In this document: one piece after another, positions 1 to 7,202 of the stretch | Layout of the letters: each line of letters opens with the position of its first letter | Numbering within the stretch: the first letter of the stretch is position 1 | NCBI GenBank assembly: GCA_021325135.1 | Contig: JAJPHT010000041.1 | Coordinates: 1-10,578 of the forward strand | Direction of reading: 5' to 3' | DNA length: 10,578 nt | Source: Pseudomonadota bacterium | GTDB lineage: Archaea; Thermoplasmatota; SW-10-69-26; JACQPN01; JAJPHT01 | Translations under genes and position numbers: made by a program | Notes under the pieces: generated by a model | Database searches by the model: none | What the model saw: only the letters and a program-made list of their open reading frames with translations | Told to the model about the DNA's origin: nothing

Positions 1-965
1 CCAGCGCCGCCATGGCCGGCTTCAAGGTCGTGAGCATCCCCTCCGCGCCCGACGGCGGCGTGGACGTGGAGGCGCTCAAGGCCGCGCTCTCGCCGCGCAC
101 GGCCGCGTTCATGATCACGAACCCCTCGACGCTGGGCATCTTCGAGCGCAACATCCTGGAGATCGCGAAGCTCGTGCATGGCGCGGGCGCGCTGCTCTAC
201 TATGACGGCGCGAACTTCAACGCCATCATGGGCGTGACGAGCCCCGGCGCCATGGGCTTCGACATGGTGCACTTCAACCTCCACAAGACCATGACGATCC
301 CCCACGGCGGCGGCGGCCCCGGCAGCGGGCCCGTGGGCGTCAAGGCGCGCCTCGCGCCCTATCTTCCCGTGCCCGTCGTCGAGAAGCGCGGGGAGAAGTA
401 CGTCGCCGAATACCACCGCGCCAAGAGCATCGGGAAGGTCAAGGCGTTCCACGGGAACTTCATGGGGTACGTGCGCTCGCTGGTCTACGCCAAGATGATG
501 GGCGGCGATGGGCTCACCGCCGCCTCCAAGCGCGCCGTGCTCAACGCGAACTACATGCGCAAGGTCCTGCTGGAGCGCATCCCCGGCGTGGAGATGCCCT
601 ACCAGGAGCTTCGCATGCACGAGTTCGTCCTCTCGGCCACCAAGGCGAAGAAGGAGAAGGGCGTCCGCGCGCTGGACGTGGCGAAGCGCCTGCTGGACTA
701 CGGCTACCACGCGCCCACGGTCTACTTCCCGCTCATCGTGGACGAGGCCATCATGGTCGAGCCCACGGAGACGGAGAGCAAGGAGACCATGGACCGCTTC
801 TGCGACGCCATGGCCCACATCCTCAACGACGAGGACCCCGAGGTCGTGCGCGCCGCGCCGCACAACACGGCCGTCGGGCGCGTCGACGAGGTGCGCGCCG
901 TGAAGGAGCCGCGCCTCACCTTCGACATGCATCCCAAGCAGGAAGAGATCGGGAAGCCCGTCTGA
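1..965 (+). CDS. gcvPB: Glycine dehydrogenase (decarboxylating) subunit 2, glycine cleavage P-protein beta chain; 5'-truncated by the window edge
   Basis: The frame is open from the window edge (SAAMAGF..., tail of the NPASA motif). Diagnostic motifs are MITNPSTLGIFE, YYDGANFNA, the PLP-lysine motif HFNLHKT, PHGGGGPGSGP, AVLNANY, DVAKRLLDYGYHAPTVYFP and MVEPTETE. Confidence 0.96.
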   Translation, partial: SAAMAGFKVVSIPSAPDGGVDVEALKAALSPRTAAFMITNPSTLGIFERNILEIAKLVHGAGALLYYDGANFNAIMGVTSPGAMGFDMVHFNLHKTMTIPHGGGGPGSGPVGVKARLAPYLPVPVVEKRGEKYVAEYHRAKSIGKVKAFHGNFMGYVRSLVYAKMMGGDGLTAASKRAVLNANYMRKVLLERIPGVEMPYQELRMHEFVLSATKAKKEKGVRALDVAKRLLDYGYHAPTVYFPLIVDEAIMVEPTETESKETMDRFCDAMAHILNDEDPEVVRAAPHNTAVGRVDEVRAVKEPRLTFDMHPKQEEIGKPV

Positions 966-1017
966 GCGCCGGAAAAGGGGAAGGCCCTTGCACCAGGGCC
1001 CATCCTCGTCCTCCCGC

Positions 1018-1407
1018 ATGGAAGACGAGGCGCTGATGGACCTCGGCCTCGAGGTCACCTCGTGGGCGAACGTCGTCCTGGGGCTCGGGATGGTCCTCAC
1101 CAGCTACTTCGCCCGCGAGGCCACCGCGACGCAGGACCACGCCACGCTGGCGGTCGGGCTCTTCGTCGCCGTGCTGGCCGCCTTCGACGCGTGGGCCGCC
1201 TGGCGCGGCCGCGGCGCCGCCGCGCTCTGGCCCAGCGTCGCCAACGCGGTCCTCGGCGCGGGCCTCGCGTACTACCTCTGGTGGAGCGGCGCGGAGGGCT
1301 CCTTCCTCTACGTCGCGGGCGGAGCCTCGGTGGCCATCGCCATCGTCGCGCTCTACGACGTGTGGGCCTCGCTGCAGGCGCCCTCGCGGAGCCGGCCCAT
1401 GACGTAG
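1018..1407 (+). CDS. Small 4-TM membrane protein, SPW-repeat-like (129 aa)
   Basis: ATG at 1018 preferred over TTG at 988. Four hydrophobic segments form two internal repeats (TSWANVVLGLG / PSVANAVLGAG) resembling SPW repeats, although the SPW tripeptide itself is absent. GC3 is high. Confidence 0.7.
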   Translation: MEDEALMDLGLEVTSWANVVLGLGMVLTSYFAREATATQDHATLAVGLFVAVLAAFDAWAAWRGRGAAALWPSVANAVLGAGLAYYLWWSGAEGSFLYVAGGASVAIAIVALYDVWASLQAPSRSRPMT

Positions 1408-1484
1408 GGAGGGGGCCTCGTTCCGGGGGCCCGGCGATGCCCTGAAATGGGGGCGGCGCGGAGGCTGTTAGCTGGTCGATCCCC

Positions 1485-2168
1485 GTGCGCCTGGTCGTGA
1501 CCCACCTCACCCGGATGAAAGGGGGCCACGTCTGCGTCGCGGGCCAGGACGTGAGGGGCGGCGCGTCGGTGCGCCCCGTCCTCCAGGGCCAGCGCCTTCC
1601 GCGATCCGCGCTGAGCGCCGAAGGCGGCCCCTACGGGATCGGCGGGATCGTGGAGCTCTCCGGCGCGAGGCCCTGCGGACGCGCCCCCGAGGTCGAGGAC
1701 TACGCCTACGTCCACGCGCAGCGCGTCGGATCGCTGGACGCGACGCGGTTCTGGCAGGCGCTCGCGCGCGTCGCGCGCCCCTCGCTCCAGGCGATCTTCG
1801 GCCCGGAGATGGAGCCCCAGGGGAGGACCGCCGCGCTTCCCCTGGGGAAGGGCGCCGCGTCGCTGGGCGTGCTGGCGCCGCGGTCGCGGCCCGTGCTCAC
1901 ATTCTTCGACGACCACCCGAGGCTCAGCTTCCGCGACGAGATGGGACCCTTGGACGTGGCGCTCACCGACGTCCGCCTCGTGCAGGCCGACCACGCGGCG
2001 CTCGACCCGAGGGCCGTCGAGACGCTCCGGAAGCTCCTTGCCGCCGGGGAATGCCTTCTCTGCGTCGGCGTCGGACGCCCGTGGGCGCGGGAGGAGGGCG
2101 AACCGCCCCGGCACTGGCTCCAGGTCAACAACGTCCACGTCCCGGGGACCGTGGACTGGAGCGCCTAG
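1485..2168 (+). CDS. Dual OB-fold-domain protein of the type associated with DUF488 (227 aa, GTG start)
   Basis: N-terminal LVVTHLTRMKGGHVCVAG...VRPV, central PEVEDY and SLGVL, and C-terminal LCVGVGRPW...HWLQVNNV match my recollection of the dual-OB family. It lies directly against two DUF488 genes. Confidence 0.7.
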   Translation: MRLVVTHLTRMKGGHVCVAGQDVRGGASVRPVLQGQRLPRSALSAEGGPYGIGGIVELSGARPCGRAPEVEDYAYVHAQRVGSLDATRFWQALARVARPSLQAIFGPEMEPQGRTAALPLGKGAASLGVLAPRSRPVLTFFDDHPRLSFRDEMGPLDVALTDVRLVQADHAALDPRAVETLRKLLAAGECLLCVGVGRPWAREEGEPPRHWLQVNNVHVPGTVDWSA

Positions 2169-2602
2169 AGGTGGCGGACCTCGATGGGGCCCCACTTGCT
2201 CGCGAGGTGCTCGACGACGAGGCGGCGGTGGCACTGGTGCGGCTTGTCCTCGCTGCACAGGAGCGCGGTGGGCACCGAGAAGAGCGAGCGCGGGATGCGC
2301 TCCTCCACCTTGCGCTCCGCCATGAGAGCGAGGAAGCGGCGCTCGTAGTCCGGCCACGAGGCGCCCTCCTTCTTGTAGGAATCGAGGAGCTCCTGCGTGG
2401 GCGCCAGGAGCGGCTCGTGGACGTACTCGGCGCCGCAGATCTCGCGCAGGAAGTAGCGCAGGTCGTCCTTCTTCGTGAACCCGGCCAGCTGCGAGACGTT
2501 GTTCAGCCTGACGTCCACGAGGCGCCGGATGCCCGCCTTCCTCAGCCGTTCGAAGAACTCTTCGGCGGATTTCTTCGTGAAACCGATTGTGGCGATCTCC
2601 AT
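2165..2602 (-). CDS. DUF488 family protein, paralogue B (145 aa)
   Basis: Start placed at ATG 2602 (MEIATIGFTKKSAEEFF) with GAGG 8 nt upstream. Motifs: TIGF, LVDVRLNN.SQLAGF, Y.H...LAP, ALLCSE....CHRRLV. Confidence 0.88.
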   Translation of the reverse strand: MEIATIGFTKKSAEEFFERLRKAGIRRLVDVRLNNVSQLAGFTKKDDLRYFLREICGAEYVHEPLLAPTQELLDSYKKEGASWPDYERRFLALMAERKVEERIPRSLFSVPTALLCSEDKPHQCHRRLVVEHLASKWGPIEVRHL

Positions 2603-3132
2603 GCGGGTTCCTCGGACGGGTCGAGAATCGAGCGTTGCCTCGCGCGGCTCTCCTTGGCGTGCAGCGCGGCTTCGGTCTCCACGGAGCCGTCGCCCCGGAC
2701 GTGCCGGACGTCCACGCCGCGCTCGCGCAGGACGCGGGAGAGGAGGAGGTGGCGGTGGCACTCGGAGGGGTCCTCCTCGCTGCACAGGAGCGCGACGCGA
2801 TAGCGGCGGGCCCAGACGCCCAGGCGCTCCAGGCCGGCCTCGAACGAGGGCGAGCGCGCCATCTTCCAGTAGAGCGCGTGCCCCTCCTCGTCGTAGCTCT
2901 CGGGGTCCTCAGGGCGCCCCCCAAGCTCGCGCCCCAGGAAGACGTAGTGGATCTTCTCCGCCAGCAGCCGGGCCTCCAGCGGCTCGCGGTTGAAGTGCGG
3001 CGAGAACCTTGAGTAGGGGCTGGAGCGGACGTCGGCGACCACGTCGATCTCGTGCATCCGCAGAAGCTCGACGAGCCTCTCCACGGGGGCGCTGGAATGG
3101 CCGATGGTCCACACGTCCAGAGCCCGGGCCAT
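2542..3132 (-). CDS. DUF488 family protein, paralogue A (196 aa)
   Basis: Motifs: WTIGHS, VADVRSSPYSRFSPHFNRE, YVFLGRELGGRP, ALLCSEEDPSECHRHLL, V.HVRGDG. Its 3' end overlaps the start of paralogue B by 61 nt. Confidence 0.9.
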   Translation of the reverse strand: MARALDVWTIGHSSAPVERLVELLRMHEIDVVADVRSSPYSRFSPHFNREPLEARLLAEKIHYVFLGRELGGRPEDPESYDEEGHALYWKMARSPSFEAGLERLGVWARRYRVALLCSEEDPSECHRHLLLSRVLRERGVDVRHVRGDGSVETEAALHAKESRARQRSILDPSEEPAWRSPQSVSRRNPPKSSSNG

Positions 3133-3163
3133 GAGGTCGCCGGTTCGGGCTACTGCGCGCGGC

Positions 3164-3229
3164 TACTTAATCGTCCCCTAGGGGGCGGCGGAGAGGGCCA
3201 CGGCCGGGCGGCTTCCACTGCATTTCAAG
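3164..3229. promoter_or_regulatory. Candidate divergent archaeal TATA boxes for the DUF488 pair (minus) and the kinase gene (plus)
   Basis: Minus-strand ATTAAGTA at 3164-3171 lies 32-39 nt upstream of ATG 3132. Plus-strand ATTTCAAG at 3222-3229 lies 24-31 nt upstream of GTG 3253, which is leaderless spacing. These are the only AT-rich patches in the spacer. Confidence 0.5.
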
Positions 3230-3252
3230 GCCCGTCGCCGCCATGCGGCGGC

Positions 3253-4341
3253 GTGGAGCGTCGCATCGGCCTCGTGGTGAACCCCGTCGCCGGCCTCGGG
3301 GGCGCCGTGGGCCTCAAGGGGACGGACCGCAAGGCGGAGGAGGCCCTCGCGCTGGGCGCCAAGGAGCGCGCGCACTCGCGGGCCGTCGCGTTCCTGCGCG
3401 CCCTGGGGGAGGACGCCACCGTGCTCACGGCCGCCGGCCGGATGGGCGACGCCGCGTGCGAGGAGGCGGGCGTCTCCTCGCTGGTGGTGTACGCGCCGCG
3501 CGAGCCCACGACCGCGGAGGACACGACCGCGGCGGCGCGCGCGCTGGCGGAGGCTGGCGTCGACCTCCTCGTCTTCGTCGGGGGCGACGGCACCGCGGCC
3601 GACGTCGCGCGGGGGCTCGACGGCACGGGCGTCCCGGCGCTGGGCGTGCCCGCGGGGGTCAAGATGTACAGCGCCGCGTTCGCGGACACGCCGGAGGCCG
3701 CGGCCATCGTCGCGCGGACGTTCGACGCGACGCAGGCGCGCGAGGTGCTGGACATCGACGAGGACGCCTTCCGGCGCGGCGAGCTGAGGGTCGCCCTGCG
3801 CGGGGCGCTGCGCGTGCCCACCCACGCGCGCGTGCAGGCGGGCAAGGTCGCGGGCGAGGACGACGAGGTGGAGGTGGAGACGCTGGCGCGCGCCGTCGCG
3901 GAGTCGCTGGAGCCGGGGCACACCTACGTGCTGGGCGCCGGGACGACGATGCACGAGGTGAAGCGCGCGCTGGGCGTCGCGGGCACGATGCTGGGCCTCG
4001 ACGTCGTGTGGATCGACGAGGAGGGGAAGCCCCATCTTCTCGTGGCGGACGCCCGGGAGCGCGACCTGCTGGAGCTTCCGCAGGGGCTGGAGGTGGTGGT
4101 GTCGCCCATCGGCGCGCAGGGCTTCTTCCTGGGGCGGGGCAACCTGCCGCTGACGCCCGCGGTCCTCGCGCGCCTCGCGATCCCTTCGGACGTGCGCGTC
4201 GTCGCGACGCCCTGGAAGCTCCTCATGACTCCCGCCCTCAAGGTGGACACGGGGGACGCCGCGCTCGACGCGCGCTTCCCGCCCTTCATCCCCGTCCTCA
4301 CCGGGCACGGGCAGACCAAGATGATGCGCATCGCCCGATAG
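3253..4341 (+). CDS. ATP-NAD kinase family protein (COG3199-type predicted polyphosphate/ATP-dependent NAD kinase; 362 aa)
   Basis: GTG start at 3253 (MERRIGLVVNPVAGLGG.VGLKGTD). It carries the GGDGT signature, LGVPAGVKMYS, G.GTT, T.LG.DV, SPIGAQGFFLGRGN and LKVDTGD. Confidence 0.88.
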   Translation: MERRIGLVVNPVAGLGGAVGLKGTDRKAEEALALGAKERAHSRAVAFLRALGEDATVLTAAGRMGDAACEEAGVSSLVVYAPREPTTAEDTTAAARALAEAGVDLLVFVGGDGTAADVARGLDGTGVPALGVPAGVKMYSAAFADTPEAAAIVARTFDATQAREVLDIDEDAFRRGELRVALRGALRVPTHARVQAGKVAGEDDEVEVETLARAVAESLEPGHTYVLGAGTTMHEVKRALGVAGTMLGLDVVWIDEEGKPHLLVADARERDLLELPQGLEVVVSPIGAQGFFLGRGNLPLTPAVLARLAIPSDVRVVATPWKLLMTPALKVDTGDAALDARFPPFIPVLTGHGQTKMMRIAR

Positions 4342-4477
4342 GAACGAAACCCAACGATGGGGCGGATTGGCATGGCGCGCGAGGCCCGCCCCAGGGGAAA
4401 ACCGGGTCGAACCTAGTAGCTCACTAGTCCATGGATCAAACTCATATGGGCGAGTGCCCATGCGATTCCCGGGCACA

Positions 4478-5170
4478 ATGGGCTTTACGGAAGTCGTCTA
4501 CAAGATCCGGAGCGATCTCTATCCGCTCTGCACCTACACCGAGGCGCACCCCGACGTGAAGGCCGTCGTCAACCAGACCTCCTGGGACGACGACACCGGG
4601 CAGGGCAAGTCGGTGATCACTCTCCTGGGACCCGAGGAGAAGCTCGGGCCCCTCGTCGAGGCGCTCACACCGGTCCACGACCGCATCGAGACGCTGGCGC
4701 AGTCCAAGGAGCAGCTCGTCCTGCGCACGCAGGCGCGGCTGGACACCATGAAGAAGGCGGGCAACCCCGCCGCCTTCTCGCTGGACTACTTCGGCGAGGA
4801 CGCGGTGGCGCAGCCCGCGCTGATGAAGGACGGCTACCTGCACGTCCGCCTCCTCGTCGCGAGCCGCGTCGACCTCGCGGACCTCCTCGCGCACTACGAG
4901 AAGGGCGTGAAGGAGGGGCGCTGGAGCGACTTCAAGCTCATGCGCATCGACGAGTTCGACCCCGAGTCGCAGATCGCCGGCGCGTTCACCGAGAACCTCA
5001 CGCAGAAGCAGCTCGAGGTCATCAAGACCGCCCTCGCGCTGGGCTTCTACAACACCCCGCGTGATATCACGCTGGACGACCTCTCCAACATCTTCGGCAT
5101 CAGCAAGGCCGCGGTCCACAACCGCCTCCAGGCCGCCGAGCGGAAGGTCATCGCGAAGTTCTTCGGCTGA
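4478..5170 (+). CDS. Bacterio-opsin-activator-type (HTH_10) transcriptional regulator (230 aa; alternative start 4460)
   Basis: C-terminal LTQKQLEVIKTALALGFYNTPRDITLDDLSNIFGISKAAVHNRLQAAERKVI fits the HTH_10 consensus. A candidate BRE/TATA (CAAACTCATAT, 4437-4447) favours the 4478 start. Confidence 0.88.
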   Translation: MGFTEVVYKIRSDLYPLCTYTEAHPDVKAVVNQTSWDDDTGQGKSVITLLGPEEKLGPLVEALTPVHDRIETLAQSKEQLVLRTQARLDTMKKAGNPAAFSLDYFGEDAVAQPALMKDGYLHVRLLVASRVDLADLLAHYEKGVKEGRWSDFKLMRIDEFDPESQIAGAFTENLTQKQLEVIKTALALGFYNTPRDITLDDLSNIFGISKAAVHNRLQAAERKVIAKFFG

Positions 5171-5173
5171 AAA

Positions 5174-5355
5174 CCGGCAGAATGCCGGCAGAGATGATTG
5201 TTCGTTCGTTCCGAGCAATCATCAGGGCCGGGGGATCCCCGCCGAAGGCGGGGCGTCGCCCAACGCGCGAGCGAAGCGAGCGCGTCGTTGGGGGCCGCAG
5301 GCCCCCAGCTTCACCACCGCCGAACGCCGGCCCCCAGGGGGCCGGCGTTCGGCGG
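5174..5355 (+). repeat. Cluster of six inverted repeats/hairpins (REP-like or structured intergenic element)
   Basis: CCGGCA-GAA-TGCCGG (5174-5188); 12-bp stem GATGATTGTTCG/CGAGCAATCATC (5193-5223); CCCCGCC-GAA-GGCGGGG (5237-5253); ACGCGC-GA-GC-GAA-GC-GA-GCGCGT (5263-5285); TGGGGGCC-GCA-GGCCCCCA (5289-5307); perfect 19-bp inverted repeat (5317-5355). Confidence 0.8.
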
Positions 5356-5412
5356 AAGCCCAACAGTCAAGCACTCCTTATGGGGTTGCCTGGCGTCCTT
5401 GGGTCTGAGACC

Positions 5413-7125
5413 ATGCGAGCCGCCCACTTCCCCCTCGCCATCGTCCTCGTGCTGCTCGTGTCCGCGTTCGCGCCCACGCTGCCGCACGCCTGGGCCGCCA
5501 GCTCCACCGAGCGCTACACCGTCGAAGGCGCCGTCCTCTCGGACGCGGGCGCGCCCATCGAGGGCGCCAGCGTCAGCGCGTACGTCTCCGACGGCACGTT
5601 CTCCGCCAACGACCAGGCGACGACCGACGCGCACGGCGCGTTCTCGCTCCTGCTGCCCGCGGGCGAGGGGAGCGTCAGCGTGTTCTACGCCAAGTGGCGC
5701 GCCTCGGACGGGCAGCCGATCAAGGTGGGGGGCAACGTGAGCGGGCTCGCGTTCACGCTGAAGACGCCGCCGCCCAAGACGGCCATCGTCTCGGGCCGCG
5801 TGCTCGACGCCAGCGGCGCGCCCGTGGAGGGCGCCACCGTGCGGCTCACGCAGTACTGCTGCGTCGTCTACGACGCGCCCACGCCCGCGAGCCCGCCGCC
5901 CTCCGACGTCGTCCAGAGCGGCTCCGCCTCGGGCGGCTCGGGAACGGCCAGCTCCAGCGTCGCGCGGCCCATCATGCCCGTCTACTACGGCGACGACCCC
6001 GACCCCGTCGTCACCGGCGCGGACGGCGCGTTCACGTTCACCACCTACGCGGGCCCGCATCAGCTCACCGCCGACGCCAAGGGCTTCGCGGAGACCACGG
6101 AGCGCGTGACGCTCGCGGAGAACGAGACGGTGAAGCAGGACGTCACGCTGGAGAAGGTCCCGCCCGCCGACGCCGCGCTGGAGGGCAAGGTCGTCGACGC
6201 CTCGACGGGCAAGCCCATCGAGGGCGCGCAGGTCTACCTCTACAACGCCGCGTGGGGCCGCAGCAACTGGACCACCACCGACGCCACGGGCGCGTTCCGC
6301 GCCCTCACGCTCCCCGGCTGGACGCAGGTCACCGTGAGCGCGGACGCCAACCGCGGCGTCCCCATCGCGATGGACGACGCGACGGCCAAGATCCGCGCGC
6401 CCGACGCGCCCATCCCCGGCGCCTCGTACTACCAGTACGCGCACGTCCTCACGCTAGCCTCCGGCGCCAACGCGCTCACCGTGAAGCTGGAGCCCAAGCC
6501 CCAGCCCGGCGTCGTCCTCGTGGGCTACGTGGTCGACCCCGTCTCCAAGACGGGCGTCCCCAACGCGTACGTCAACGTCTGGAACCAGGACGCAGGCGAG
6601 TGGGGCGGCGCGCAGACCGACGACTCGGGCTCCTACAAGCTCCTCGTGCGCGCGGGCCACTACACCATCAACGCCTACGCCGACGGCTACCTGGGCAGCC
6701 AGGAGTCGTTCGTCATCCCTGACGGGGAAGCGCAGCACCGCATGGACGTCCAGGTCCTCAAGGGGCAGACCCGCTACTCGCCCTGCGACGACTGCTACCC
6801 CGGGCCCATCATGTACGAGAAGGGCATGGCCGCCGGCGCGCCCACCAGCGCGGTCGCCCCCGCGCCGCCCGCGGGCGCCGAGAGCGCGCCCGCCCGCGAC
6901 GCCAGCGCGCCCGCGGGCGCGACGAGCACCGCCTCCAACGCGCCGCAGACGCCCACCGGCGTCCAGGCCTACAGCGGCAGCGGCGGCGGGCTGGGCCCGT
7001 ACCACGCCGACGCCGCCGGCGCGCAGACCCAGGCGCCCGCCCCCGGCAAGGCCGTGCCCGCGCCTGCGGTCGTGCTGGTCGTGGGCACCCTGGCCCTGCT
7101 CGCCCTCGCGCTGAGGCGGCGCTGA
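5413..7125 (+). CDS. Secreted cell-surface protein with four carboxypeptidase-regulatory-like (CarboxypepD_reg) repeats and a PGF-CTERM-like sorting tail (570 aa)
   Basis: Signal peptide MRAAHFPLAIVLVLLVSAFAPTLPHAWA. Four repeats of G.V.D..G.P[IV].[GN]A.V...T..[DH]G.[FY]. An Ala/Pro/Thr/Ser linker is followed by VPAP, a hydrophobic helix and terminal RRR. TATA-like CTTAT at 5377-5381. Confidence 0.85.
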   Translation: MRAAHFPLAIVLVLLVSAFAPTLPHAWAASSTERYTVEGAVLSDAGAPIEGASVSAYVSDGTFSANDQATTDAHGAFSLLLPAGEGSVSVFYAKWRASDGQPIKVGGNVSGLAFTLKTPPPKTAIVSGRVLDASGAPVEGATVRLTQYCCVVYDAPTPASPPPSDVVQSGSASGGSGTASSSVARPIMPVYYGDDPDPVVTGADGAFTFTTYAGPHQLTADAKGFAETTERVTLAENETVKQDVTLEKVPPADAALEGKVVDASTGKPIEGAQVYLYNAAWGRSNWTTTDATGAFRALTLPGWTQVTVSADANRGVPIAMDDATAKIRAPDAPIPGASYYQYAHVLTLASGANALTVKLEPKPQPGVVLVGYVVDPVSKTGVPNAYVNVWNQDAGEWGGAQTDDSGSYKLLVRAGHYTINAYADGYLGSQESFVIPDGEAQHRMDVQVLKGQTRYSPCDDCYPGPIMYEKGMAAGAPTSAVAPAPPAGAESAPARDASAPAGATSTASNAPQTPTGVQAYSGSGGGLGPYHADAAGAQTQAPAPGKAVPAPAVVLVVGTLALLALALRRR

Positions 7126-7129
7126 GCCC

Positions 7130-7159
7130 TCGATCGGGGGGCTTCGGCTCCCCGGTCGA
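7130..7159 (+). terminator. 13-bp RNA hairpin with a C(UUCG)G tetraloop just after the surface-protein stop codon (3'-end or stability element)
   Basis: TCGATCGGGGGGC-TTCG-GCTCCCCGGTCGA. Two G.U pairs and the UUCG loop indicate it folds on the + strand RNA. There is no U-tract, so a role in termination is uncertain. Confidence 0.5.
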
Positions 7160-7202
7160 AACAACAAGGAAAGCTCATACCCCGATGCCGCGCTGATCGT
7201 GA

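Noticed and set aside
2224-2794. 21-bp exact repeat TCCTCGCTGCACAGGAGCGCG (2247-2267, 2774-2794) plus a 12-bp repeat at the same 527-bp offset
   Set aside because: Both copies encode the shared ALLCSE...CHR motif of the two DUF488 paralogues. Protein conservation plus codon bias explains it; it is not a mobile or CRISPR repeat.
4394-4405. GGGGAAAACCGG upstream of the HTH_10 gene as a second copy of the 7770-7790 operator
   Set aside because: It is only an imperfect half-site with no matching second arm.
1353-7167. Other long overlapping ORFs (1353..2924-, 2051..2803+, 3178..4476-, 3243..4427+, 4442..5218-, 5311..6444-, 5694..6722+, 6454..7167-)
   Set aside because: They are alternative-frame or antisense products of stop-poor high-GC coding DNA, and each overlaps a gene with recognisable motifs.
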